Below are positions 1-11,510 of a stretch of 64,000 nucleotides of DNA, piece after piece (the first letter of the stretch is position 1; every line of letters begins with the position of its first letter). The notes under the pieces were generated by a model that saw nothing but the letters and a program-made list of their open reading frames with translations, was not told the origin of the DNA and did not search any database. Where the stretch lies: NCBI GenBank assembly GCA_028534125.1, contig CM052817.1, positions 45,200,001 through 45,264,000 on the forward strand, given 5' to 3'. The translations under genes and the position numbers were made by a program. Source of the stretch: Lama glama. Taxonomy: Eukaryota.

Positions 1-1218
1 ATCATAATTTCCCCGTATTAATCAGGAGATGCAATATAATTTATGTTCAAAAGTAATACTGAGGCTGCTCTCCATTTTTATAAATAAGTATCATTACAGT
101 AAATTTCTTAGTCCATGTAACTGTTTTCCTGAATTTTGGAGAATTTCCTTAGGAAAGATCCTCAAAGGTCATTCTAAGTCTACGGAAACATTTTATAGCT
201 CTTGATGCTTATAGCCTATTACTAAATGTCACTCTAAATGGTGAGAATATTTAAAATTAACATTTCTAAAGAAGAGCCATTATAGTAATTGTGTCAAATC
301 ACTTTTCTTCTTCCAAATCAGCCATATTTATCAGCTCCAAGTGTAGACTATACCGTTACATTCCAAGTATTTATTTCCCATTGCTCTAAAGATATTACAT
401 TTTACCATCTGGAAATGACTCCATATTTGTACTCAGACAGTTGAAAAATCCTAATAACCACATGTAGTGTAATGATTCAAATTTGGATCATTCAGAGATG
501 ATTCTAAGTTACTAACTGCTTATAAACTGAAAATCTCACACTGAATGCTAAATATATCATGAGTATATTTTTATTCTTAGAGTTTCAATCTCAACAATGT
601 AGATTGTGGGGAAGAAAAGAACACATAGGTAGCTCTCATTTAGGGGGCTCTACCCGAATGCTCTTACTTGCCACACCTGCCTCAAGCTGTGCACAATTGG
701 CAGAGGGTGGAGGGGGTACAGAGAAGGAGTAGCAACCTGCCCCTCATGGAATGCCACCTAAGTGTTGTTTTCATGACACTGAAATTTTAATGCCAATAAT
801 CTCATTTTATAGAAAATACTGCAGCACTTTCTAGGATTTCATTCCAATAAAGGTATATACCACAACGAAGAATTAAATGAGAGAAGAAAACCAAGAAACA
901 CATTTTGAAGGAATGTAATAGAAGATTTAAGATGCTCAATACAATGCAAGTGTGGGGTTCACTGTACCCTGAAAGAAAATGTCAATTCATGACTTTGAAA
1001 ATATTGTTTCAACTCATCATTATCCACTTTGATACATCAGCTCCCTCTCATTCTATCTAATTTAATATCACCTATTCAGTTGTGCAAGGCAGAGACCTAA
1101 GGATCATGTTTGACTCTGTTCTCTTATACCCACATTCAGTCACTACCAAGTCCTGTTAAGTTTTATTTTCTTTGGTTTCCACGTTTCTTGGGTCTGTCCC
1201 CTCTACACTACAAGGTAT

Positions 1219-1815
1219 TGAGACAGGAAGGAAGGGAGCAGGGCACAACCACTGAAGGAATGACACAGCAATTGAGGACAGGACAAACTAGTTACAAGCA
1301 AGATGATGGAAGAGTCGACCTCCAGTAGACCTTGAGACTTATGGTACACCCACAGGTAACATGACAGTTCCTAGGCTGACCTTAAATGGTCAAAAAGTGG
1401 GTAGGGGGCCCAATTCCTGGAAATCCCCACTCCTTCCCCCAAATAGTTAGAATAATTCTCCTACTCATTAGCATATGAAATTACTGAGCCCATAAAAACT
1501 AACAGCTCTGCACCTCGTGGTTGCTCTCTCTCTTGCCTTCTGAGACAGCCCACACGGTCTATGGAGTGTGTATCTATTTTTACTTTAAACTAAAACCTCC
1601 CACACCTCCCAGGGTCTCTCTGCCTCTTGCCTTTTGAGATGGCCCACATTCTGCCTATGGAGTATGTGTCTCCTAAGTTGCTTTCCTTTCTGAGTGAGAT
1701 GAACCTCAGTCTGTCTATGGAGTGTGTATCTCTCTAAATAAACTTGCTTTCACTTTACTACGCCTTGCTCTTGAATTCTTTCCTGCTCAAGGCAAGAATC
1801 TATTCTCCAGCAACA
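1219..1815 (+). mobile_element. Solo LTR, ERV1 class, 597 bp
   Basis: TG...CA termini with a perfect 4-bp TSD GTAT (1215-18 and 1816-19); CATAAAAA at 1491; AATAAA at 1737-42; three internal copies of a ctatggagtRtgtRtct unit. Confidence 0.85.
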
Positions 1816-1824
1816 GTATGAGCA

Positions 1825-2035
1825 GTAACACACATGCATTTGAATTCTGTTCCACCGATCACTAAGAAACCTTGGACAAGTTTAAATTCTCTGAGTCTCA
1901 GATTCTTCATTTATTCCTCATTATTTATCAACTACTTTGCAGGAATGCTGTGAAAATCAAATGAGATAGAGTTTAAATGTGCTTAGTGAGAACCTAACAC
2001 AATAAACAAAAAACGGTAGTCATTATCATCATCAA
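1825..2035 (+). mobile_element. MIR SINE relic
   Basis: MIR core-like ccttggacaag...tctctgagtctcagattcttcatt...aaatcaaatgagataa. Confidence 0.6.
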
Positions 2036-2603
2036 CCAGTTCCCCAATTTCTTCCCCTAGCCCACCACTACCACCTCCTTCTTGGGCTCCTTCCCTCTAG
2101 CCTTGCCTCTCAAATTTCTCCCTTATACAGCTAACAGGTGTTCTTTGAACAAGCCAGTAACACCTCCATTCCCTAGCTCTCCTTCTGCCTAGCTTACTCA
2201 CAGTTATCCTTTCAGGACTCCTCTGTCTTCTCCAGGCTACTGCTTCCACCTAGCTAAATTAGGTGCCTCTCGGTGCTGCCATATATCTGTGATTATCACT
2301 AGACTTATGATGTTATAATACATGTGGCACAAAAATCTATAGGCTTCTCACCCCATGAGACTGTAATGTGGGAATGTCTGATACATGTCTTATCCACAAC
2401 ATCTCACACAATGCTTAGCATGTATTAAGCTCTCAGTTTGTTGAAAACTCAGATGCAGCATTTGAATCATTTGGGAAAATGATGAGTTCTTACTTTCTGT
2501 ATCCTCTTGTATTTGGAAATACCAGAAGAAATTCTTCCCTAAAGTAGAAAAGTATCTATACTTTTAGTATGACAGAGACTGAATATGACTTATCAGTACG
2601 TAC

Positions 2604-2725
2604 TTGCTCTTGAATCATATTTTTGTAGTGAGTCACAATACTGTCAAGCTGTTCTAATGTTTTCTTCACCTCTTCTTCTTTTTTATCTTCTTCACTGGAC
2701 TTATAAATAGCCTTAGTTATCACAC
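2604..2725 (-). CDS. USO1: USO1 coding exon 17 (GVITKAIYKSSEEDKKEEEVKKTLEQLDSIVTHYKNMIQEQ); gene continues beyond the window
   Basis: ttttacag acceptor, CAA|GTACGT donor; 122 nt; no stop reached and no further exon recognised in 1-2603. Confidence 0.95.
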
Positions 2726-2986
2726 CTGTAAAAGAAGGCTTATTTAAGATACTATTTTATTATTAAGACTTAATCAGTAAAAACATATGGCCTAACTGCA
2801 TGACAGATAAGAAATCATCTTTCCAATCTTACTGAATGCCAAAAATCCTTAAATGGGCTACAGATCAAGAGCTAGGAAAAAACACTTTTAGGCTTACTGT
2901 ATAGTCTGCATTTGCCCAGAATATACATATATAATATAATCATTGGTACTTTTTAATGAATACCAAGATAAACTTTGATGTCTTAC

Positions 2987-3168
2987 CTTCAAGTTCTTTT
3001 ACTAGCTTCGTAAACTCATGATCAAATATCATGTATTCTGGACTAGGGAAGTTTGGCTGGGGTTTCTGAGACGCTCTGGAATACAACTCATGTTTGCTAA
3101 TAAATCCTAGTTTCTCTATGAAATTCTCTTTGCCAATCCTCTTCTCTATTAGTTGTTTTAGTTTCTCT
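2987..3168 (-). CDS. USO1: USO1 coding exon 16 (EKLKQLIEKRIGKENF...KLVKELE)
   Basis: ctgtag acceptor, G|GTAAGA donor; 182 nt. Confidence 0.97.
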
Positions 3169-3321
3169 CTACAGAGATAAGCATATTGAGATGCTTTAAA
3201 AAAAAAAGTCATAACAAAACATAAAAGCTTGGTCTACATTATACTCTGGCAGAAAAAATTTATCATTATCTCTTGATGACATTAGCAAGTCATTTTACCC
3301 TGGCATTTTCCCCTTACTTAC

Positions 3322-3440
3322 TTCATATAGCTCTCAAGTGAGTTATCATTGAAGTAAATCGAAATGCCCAACAGAAGAGCACATAAGCCTTGGACCAACT
3401 GTTCTTCTTCTCCAAGATTTTCTGCAATTTGCCCTGTAAG
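3322..3440 (-). CDS. USO1: USO1 coding exon 15 (LTGQIAENLGEEEQLVQGLC...SLESYMK)
   Basis: tttcag acceptor, AA|GTAAGT donor; 119 nt, ends phase 2. Confidence 0.97.
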
Positions 3441-3774
3441 CTGAAATCTTTGTTAAGAAAACTAATGGTTCATAATATCTACAGTACTTTGTTTTACAAT
3501 TTGAATTTGACTTGTATTTCATGTAAGAGTTTCTAATAGAAAGTCTATACATAATCTAAGAAAGCATTAAAAAATGGTATAGACACACACACACACAAAA
3601 ACACAAATAGAGCTTAAGTAAGCATCATTATCACCTTAACAGTTTAAAAAGTTGCAACATAGATAAGGAGAATTCAAGTATTTGGGGGCATGGAGCTACC
3701 TCTAATTGAGAGGGAGAAATAGAAAAGACAAAAGAGAAATACTTGCATGTATCTTATTAAAGCATAAAGGATAC
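3441..3774 (-). other. U12-type (minor spliceosome) GT-AG intron, 334 nt
   Basis: 5' site GTATCCTTT matches the RTATCCTT consensus; branch-like TTTCTTAAC (3452-3460) ends 11 nt before the 3' junction; no real polypyrimidine tract. Confidence 0.92.
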
Positions 3775-3885
3775 AAATGGTACATTGGCTGAATTGTGAA
3801 GAAAATGCGTTACTGCAATGGGGCAGTTGCTTAGCCAGGTACAAAGTAACATTAGTAATCCAACTCTTGTCTGTATTTTGCTTCC
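3775..3885 (-). CDS. USO1: USO1 coding exon 14 (GSKIQTRVGLLMLLCTWLSNCPIAVTHFLHNSANVPF)
   Basis: ttacag acceptor; donor GTATCCTTT (U12 type); 111 nt. Confidence 0.97.
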
Positions 3886-5359
3886 CTGTAATAAAAAAGT
3901 TGGCAGCAATCTCATTTTATTTTTTCAAATTTAAAGTTGCCCTAAGATCCCCTCTCATCAGCATAAAAAGATGTTTAATACCCTATAAAAGGTGTGTCAG
4001 GAATTTGGATTTTAAAAATTGAACAAGAGGATGCATTCTTGTGTCCTCTACTGGCTGCACTTGCCAAAATAGAGAGCAGAAATTAGACTAGATCCATGTT
4101 CATAAGCATATACTGGGTTATCTAAAATACTATTAGTGGAAAAACCTGATCTGCTAAGGAAGAAGTATATGATGTGGATGCTTAAAAAAATTATCAATCC
4201 TAAAACACTTTACAATAACATAAATTTGCTAGCAAATTTATGATGTTTCAATCAGAATTTTAAAAACAAGTTTCTGATAAAGGGACAAATTCTACCTCCT
4301 TCAAAAAACATCAAGAAAAATACACAAAAATAATCTCCTGAATTATTTAGTCAAATTAATTAGAGAATGTATTTCTCTAACAAGAAAATAAACCATGTTA
4401 CAAACTGACCTACAACATGTCAGATAATGAGAAATCACAAACATAATGAAGGAGAAATAGATTTAAATTAGCTAAGTGCCTCAAACCACTAAACATATTG
4501 ATGCCAAGTGTACTTAAACAATATTGAAAACTAGCATATTCATCAAAATTACAGGTCCCTAAATTTTAATACTACACATTTATATCTCTTATGTGAGATA
4601 CTCTCTTAGCTCACAATATTGTCACTGTCCATATATTATATGCCCTATATTTTTGTTTAAGAAAAACAATACTTGCTTGAAATAAAATAATAGAAATTAG
4701 CATAGTAATCCATCACTTTAGGAGTAATTTCATAAAATATCCAAAATACAATTATTCAAAAATCTAGACAAGGAATGGATTTAAGGTAACCATTATTGTG
4801 TTCTGAAATACTTGTGACACAGCCAGATTGTTCTAATTTCATGAACCTTGCTTGATGTCAATCTTGCCCTTTCTATAATCTTTTTTCAAGTGTATTTAAT
4901 ATTTAACTAAACAAATTCAAATTAGACCTCTTCAAATGATTTACCAAGCAAACATAATTAGCATGGATTTAGTTTTCACACGAGGCATTATTTTTACTTC
5001 TTCTTTGTCTTTATGCCATTACATATGTCTATAACATATCTTCATGTTACCCAAATAAATTGAAAAATTAAAAAAATACAGTTATTCTCAACTGACTGCA
5101 TGACATAAAGAACTTATAATTAATTACTCAAATTATAAATGCAAATGTTTTGTTGATTTCTCCTGGTTATATATAAAAAGTTGACTACTGGAATACCATT
5201 GGCAAGTACCAAATATACCAACATTGTATACACAAGGACATCCTATCAAATCACTGGTTGATGTCTGAGTAAACAAAAATGGAATTAGATTCAGTTTTGA
5301 AAAGTATGTCCTTTGGGGTCTAACTGAAGGTTAAGAAGGGCAAAGTCAAACAAAATTAG

Positions 5360-6560
5360 TTAGAACCAGTTAGGTGATAGGATGGAATACCATGTTTACT
5401 ATAGTAATAAAAAAAGATAAAGTACTCAGGAACAAGTTTAATCAAAATGGTACAAGGAAAATTTAGAAACACTTCTAAAGAGCACAAAAGTATACACAAA
5501 TCAACAGAAAGACACATGTTCTTAGAAAAACTCAAGATCATGAAGATATTAATTCTACACTAATTTGTAAAATTAATGTGATTCACATAAAAATACCAAC
5601 AGGTTTTTTTTTTCCTGGAACTAAACCACCTGGTTCTCAAGTTCATACGGAAAAATAAACAAGCAAGAACAGCTAGGGAAACTGTTAAAAAAAAAAAAAA
5701 AAAGGAGTAAGAGAGCAATGAAGTGATACCATCTCATGAACAGACAGAAATCAAGGGATAGAACGGAAAGTCCAGAAATGATCCAGCTACAAATGGAAAT
5801 TTAGTATATGAAAAAGATAGCATATAACCATTAGTGGGTTAGAGATAGCCTTTAAAAATGTTCAGACAACTAGATAGTTTAAAAGATCAGAGGACGTCAC
5901 ACAACTTAAGAGGAAAAATTGAACAAAAATTTAAATGCAAAAAAATGAAACCAGAAGGTATGAGATGAAAACACTGGCAAATTCCTTAAAATCCTGAACT
6001 AGGGAAGGCCTAAGTATGACTTAAAATTGTAGAAGCAATAAAAGTAAAGTCTAATACAAAAACAAAATCAAAAACAAAAACAAGAAAAAAAAGAAAAAGA
6101 AAAATCCAAAACACCAAGATCAAATTAGGAAAAATAAATTTATGAGTTATCAAAGACAAGGGTTAAGTTCCTCAATATGAATTCCTATAAACAAGAAATT
6201 ATTAACAACCCAACAGAAAAATGGGCAGAAGATATCATATAAGAAAGGAGAGCTCAAGGAAAAATTTCCAATGATGTAAGAACATATAGAAAGTTATTTA
6301 GCCTTTCAGGAAGAAAAATGTAAATTAAAACTCACTGTGATAACACTTTTCACCTATCAACAGATTGGCAAAAATACAAGTCTGACAACAGGCTGCTGGT
6401 GAGGCTGTGGGGAAACAGAAACCCAGTGCACTGTAATCTTTTTGCACTTCCCTTTGCAAATTTAAGTGCAAAATGGTATTAAGTGAAAAACAAAAACAAA
6501 AACCAACCAAAGTGCAGAACAGGGAACATACATAAAAAATACTTCAAGATGTAGAAGAAA
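5360..6560 (+). mobile_element. Old L1 ORF2/3' region fragments
   Basis: A-rich + strand with L1-like motifs (aaataccaacaggttttt, acaacccaacagaaaaatgggc, ttttcacctatcaacagattggcaaaa); heavily decayed. Confidence 0.65.
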
Positions 6561-6799
6561 CAAATAATTGGGGCACTAGGGCAGGGCAGGGCCAAGACTT
6601 CTATCATTTTGATTTCTAAACCACATACTACTCATTTCAAATTTAAAAGACTAAAGTTTTAATTCTAAGAGTGGCAGTATGGTGTCAGTGAAAATGACAT
6701 TTGCTTGGGAATCTTCTGTCTTAAACTTGTACAAGTTCAATATACTATGTGGTCCTAATTTCTAGCAAACAGAGGTTGTTGGATTAAATGATTTCGAAG

Positions 6800-7020
6800 A
6801 GGTTAAGAGGACAGGCTCTGAAGCCAGGACACCAGATTTATATATGGTTCTAAAACTCAATAGCCATGAAACCTCAGGTAACTTCTCTTCCTCAACCTTA
6901 ACTAGGGATAATAGTTAGCACCTATCTCAAGGATTCAATGGGTTAAGACGTGTAAAGAACTTAAAGAACAGAGCATGATACATAGTGAGTGCTCTACAAA
7001 TGTTATAAACTATCATCATC
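6800..7020 (+). mobile_element. MIR SINE relic
   Basis: ggttaagaggacaggctctgaagcca...gggataaatagttagcacctatctc...tgtaaagaacttaaagaacag. Confidence 0.6.
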
Positions 7021-9291
7021 CTTTCTAGCTCTGCATGGTTCTATGACTCTCTACCTACTAGCATATTAAATGCAGAACTAATGCCCTAAATTTAAAATAG
7101 ATGGCAGAAGTTTGAACTGGAAAAAGAAAAAAAAAAAATATAATTGCAATGGCAATATTTTTTTTAAACCTCAGTGAAATGCAGGCTGCCCTTGTTTTGT
7201 TGTGTTCACAGAAATCCATACATACTGGAAACACAAAGTGGAGACTTTGTAATAATGCTCTTTTAAGCATTATTATTATAATGTTTATAAAGCCATGATT
7301 TATAATTGAGAAAAAATGGGAAATAATTAAATGTCCAAAAATAAGAAGATGGTTAATCGATTTATGGTATATCTATTTGGTGAAATATTATGCAACCTTA
7401 TAAAGGGAAATTGATTTAATGTTTAAAAACAAGGAAAATACTTTTAAGAAAAAATGCACAATATGAAATGGTATCTAATGTGTGATCATTGTTATGTAAA
7501 TAACAGTAATATAAGAAAAAAAAAGAAATTTTTATCAGTAGTTATCTTTGGGTAGTAGAATGAGGGACAATATTCTCTTTCTACTTTCTATTTTTTGAAA
7601 TTTTCCAAAATGAAAAGAAAAGTAAACTATTAAAGAGTGCAAAAATATTATAGTATTTGTCCAGTGTACTATCATAAAATGTTGAGAATAAAATAAATCC
7701 AAACAAAATCCTGATCAAGCTGTTCTATCCCTCCAAAAAATAAAATCAGAAATTGGGCAATAAAAGCTATCAAAATATTTTATTTCAATGCTGTCTGATT
7801 TTCTGATGAATTCCTTACAAGATAAACACCTAGAACAGCTAAAAGAAAGCCACACTTCACTTTCTGACTAAAAGTATTTATATATTTCTTTGTATGTTTT
7901 TTTACAGGTTTAAGTCAAGAAAGAGCACCTATCTCCTCCTAACCCTCTAGAGCTTGTGAACCACTGATGAGATTTGGAAAAACAAATGAACACTGAAATT
8001 TAATTTCAGAGCATTCTGGGGGTTTAATTACTAGAAACCACAGACTTTATAGGATGGAAGGAACCACAAACAAAATAACTGAAACTGAATCATCTTATCT
8101 TTAACGTAAGTTATGTTGCCCTATTATATTTTCTAAATAAAAATCTCTCTTATTCCTACTTCGTGGATTTCAAGTTTAGTATTTTTACATTGCTCATTTA
8201 AAAAATATGAAAACCTAACATTTTAAACTTCTGGTGTTTAAGTAGTTAAAATGAGGTTCTAGAGTATTATGATCAGATTCATTTTCTAATGGTGGTCTCT
8301 GGGGACAGAGAATTAATAGGAAAGGAGCACAGTGGAACACTTTGGAATTATGAATACCATGTTCTCTATCTTGTTTTGGGTGGTGGTTACAGAGGTATAT
8401 TCAATCACCAAAAATCATCAGATTGAACACTCAAGTTCTGGGCTTATTACTATACATAAATTATACCCACCCAAATTTCCCTTTTAAATGACTGACACGT
8501 GTACTTCTATAATACCTAATATCAAAAATTCTACAGGCTAAAGCTGCCAAATACGTCTGTGTATGAGTAATTAACATGTATTAAATCACGACCATACACA
8601 GATACAATCCCTAATGGGACCTCAGTCATACTTCCCACAATGCATGACTGACACAGGCCCAAATATGGATATTAAGGTACATGCTGTTTTTGCCAAATAC
8701 TCCACAAAACAAATCAAAACCAAACACAAATCAGACTCTGTCCCCACATGCATCAAAAACTAATCCCCAGTGGCAGTGTAGCATATGGGTTATATCCAGA
8801 ATAACCCAAAATATTTAATTTAAACTCTTTCAAATTACAAAATTATAATTACAATTATACATTTTCAATAATCTCAATAATATAAAAGACATCACATTCT
8901 TGCATATACTGATTACCTTAATCCTAAATTTTAGTACCTTTGAAATGGTTTCACTGGAAACAAATAAGCAAGCTTGGGTGAAAAAACACACACACACACA
9001 AAGATCAAAGAACCAAAACCACAGAATTTCAGAAAGTGCGAGCACCCCCAGAAGCGGCACAAGTACAGCTTCAGATTCTCACTCCCACAGTCCTTAGTCA
9101 CACCACTAGGAAACCCCGCAGAGAAAAACTGGAGAGTCACTTACGATAGGTATTAACCTGCTGACACGTAGGAGTGTGAGTAGAATACAACTTCAACAAG
9201 CAGTTAAAAAAAACCAATCAGCAAAACCCAAGACAAAGAAAAAGCCTTGCTGTAGGAGGAAAATGCCTAAGCTCAAACAAGTGATACATAC

Positions 9292-9312
9292 CCGTCGGTC
9301 GATCTTATCACC
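9292..9312 (-). CDS. USO1: USO1 alternative 21-nt microexon 13a (GDKIDRR)
   Basis: Minus strand reads aatttgcag|GGTGATAAGATCGACCGACGG|gtatgt; phase 0-0; three retained CpGs in 21 nt; matches the p115 insert I recall from mammalian isoforms. Confidence 0.9.
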
Positions 9313-10711
9313 CTGCAAATTATACATTGAAAATTATTCATAAATGTTACTGCTTTAGAAAAAATTTAAGTCCAGAAAAATTCCTCAAATACAATCTCTC
9401 TAGAAACCCAAGCCAATAATTTTGAGACAGGATAGTTCTAGTCTTTTGCTATACAACAATGTACATACATTTTAGAGGAGAAAGGATAATTTTATAGCAC
9501 TGTGATTACTTAGAGTGGGAATATATCACTATTTTGAGGACTTCTCATTATGCATCAATTGTAATTGCAATGTTACAGCAAAGTGTGTGGTGATGGTGGT
9601 CGGACACTTAATTACTGTTTGGCTTAAGAAAAGTTGTTTTCAACACACAGCAACATGAGAAAGACAAGTATTAAATAAGAAAGGATATGAATATTTTGGG
9701 GTAGTTTTAAAAAATTACTCAGAGACAAACAATTAATGTAAAATAGGCTTTTAATCAAAGTAAATTAACCCTAAGCAACAAAGGAAGTGTTCAACTCCCT
9801 TCTCACTACAGTTAACTTTTAAGCTTTCATTTATAACTTCCTATGGACGGCAAGGATGTTTCTTTAAAAGTTCACAATAAAATGGTTCAATGAGTGTGGC
9901 AAAATAAAAATTAAGAAGGACTCCGCATATTATTACAGGGAAGGGACAGGATAGTATCAGTGGATAGAGCAATTTTAGACTTAGGTACATTTTTACTTTC
10001 CCCGAGTGACTGAATGTTGATGACTTCATAGTTTTGCTAAAGTATGAACTTAGACTGTTTAACAGCAAGGCTGGCAAATGAGGGCAAATCATCTAATAAC
10101 AGTAAGGGATATTCCTAAATGCCTTTGCATACACATTTCAATGAAGTTTCACTGTTTTCATTAGGATTCTAAAGGAATGCAAACATTTTTACTTATGTTT
10201 ATCTACATCTTACTAGGTAAATTATATGCCCTGGGGTTTTGAGGATCTGAGAGCTAGCAAACATCAAGAGCATACTGTGTAACTATACAAGCAATGGACT
10301 GGCATTCTGTTTTTGTTTTCTGAAAGGAAGATCAATTGCTCTGGGAAGAGAAAGAGGAGGTACACAGCTATGAACCAGTCTATTCTATTCCCTCTCATAA
10401 ACTGACCTGAATTCAGCTACTGAGCAGAAGGAGAAAACGACATGCAAAACAGTGTGGGTGATATAAAAAGAAACCAAATCCAAAAAAACCACCTTTCTGC
10501 CCAGAACATGTGTTTTCTTCATGATGCAGATGGACCTTACTCACTATTTCGCAAAACCATTCTTATAAGGGTATTTATTGCTTTCTCTCCCCAAAACTGT
10601 TTCTGGTGACAGTGAGCTAATGAGCAGTCCTTGCCTCTTTCTTTTTTCACCTGCATCTACAACAGACATCCTTAAATTTTTGTATCATTGACATCAAAAA
10701 GGCTACTTTAC

Positions 10712-10923
10712 CTGTGAAAGGATGTTGGTGCACTGTTGCAATAAAGAAACTGGAGGGTTGCCGATACTTGTGGCAAGTTGAACCCTGAGCAACTGTTCTT
10801 TCTGGGTAGCATTTTCTTGCAAAGCGTGGGCAAGGGCCACAGCAGCACACCAGTTTGAAAGTGAATCAGTAGAAAATAAACCTCCGCATAACAACTGACC
10901 AGCTGAGACTGAATTACCTGTTG
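10712..10923 (-). CDS. USO1: USO1 coding exon 13 (ATGNSVSAGQLLCGG...QCTNILSQ)
   Basis: tttgtag acceptor, CAG|GTAAAG donor; 212 nt, ends phase 0. Confidence 0.97.
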
Positions 10924-11355
10924 CTACAAAGATGGCAGACAAATGATAATAATATAAAAATTAATTCTGTTGTTTCCTACTCACACAAAAATTGTATGAA
11001 ATACTCTTTAAAAATGTGTTAATTAGTAGTATTAAATAACACTTTCAAAAGTCTGTTTTTCAAAACAAACTGAAAGAGGACAAAAAAGTACCTTGGAAAA
11101 AAAGTAGCACAACAAAAAAATAGAAGGACACTTTAAGAATCGAATTGATGGTGGTAATAGTCCAGAAAATTATTACCTTAACTAAAAACATTTCTAAAGC
11201 AAATTCAAGGAAACACCATATTTAAAATATTCTACTACATTCTAATATTCTGTATTTAAATTAATCTACTACACATTTATGGTATACTGTGCTATTAAAA
11301 GCTTAAAAGACGATTACTTACTTTTTAAAACAGAAATTAGAATTAAATTATTTAC

Positions 11356-11510
11356 CATCAATGGTGGAAGGTAGAAGCGTTGCCACAATTTCCCCCTGTC
11401 CTTTTTGGTTTTTATATAAGAAACACTGGAAACAATAGAGAACAGCACAGCGCAATACGAATGGCTGCCTTTCATTAACCATGGACATGAGAAGCACTAC
11501 AATGGCTGGT
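11356..11510 (-). CDS. USO1: USO1 coding exon 12 (PAIVVLLMSMVNERQPF...LLPSTID)
   Basis: AG/GT boundaries; 155 nt, phase 2 to 1. Confidence 0.97.

Noticed and set aside
1525..1745. Regularly spaced repeats resembling a CRISPR-like array
   Set aside because: Only three degenerate units with related intervening sequence, inside a eukaryotic LTR; no cas genes
1..2603. Search for the next USO1 exon (expected to begin near DLQLEEL)
   Set aside because: Not recognised; the region is LTR, MIR, L2 and unique intron sequence, so the gene continues outside the window
9190..9291. Hydrophobic read-through peptide after GDKIDRR as a possible membrane anchor
   Set aside because: U-rich intron composition explains it, and the early stop would predict NMD; kept only as part of the poison-exon hypothesis
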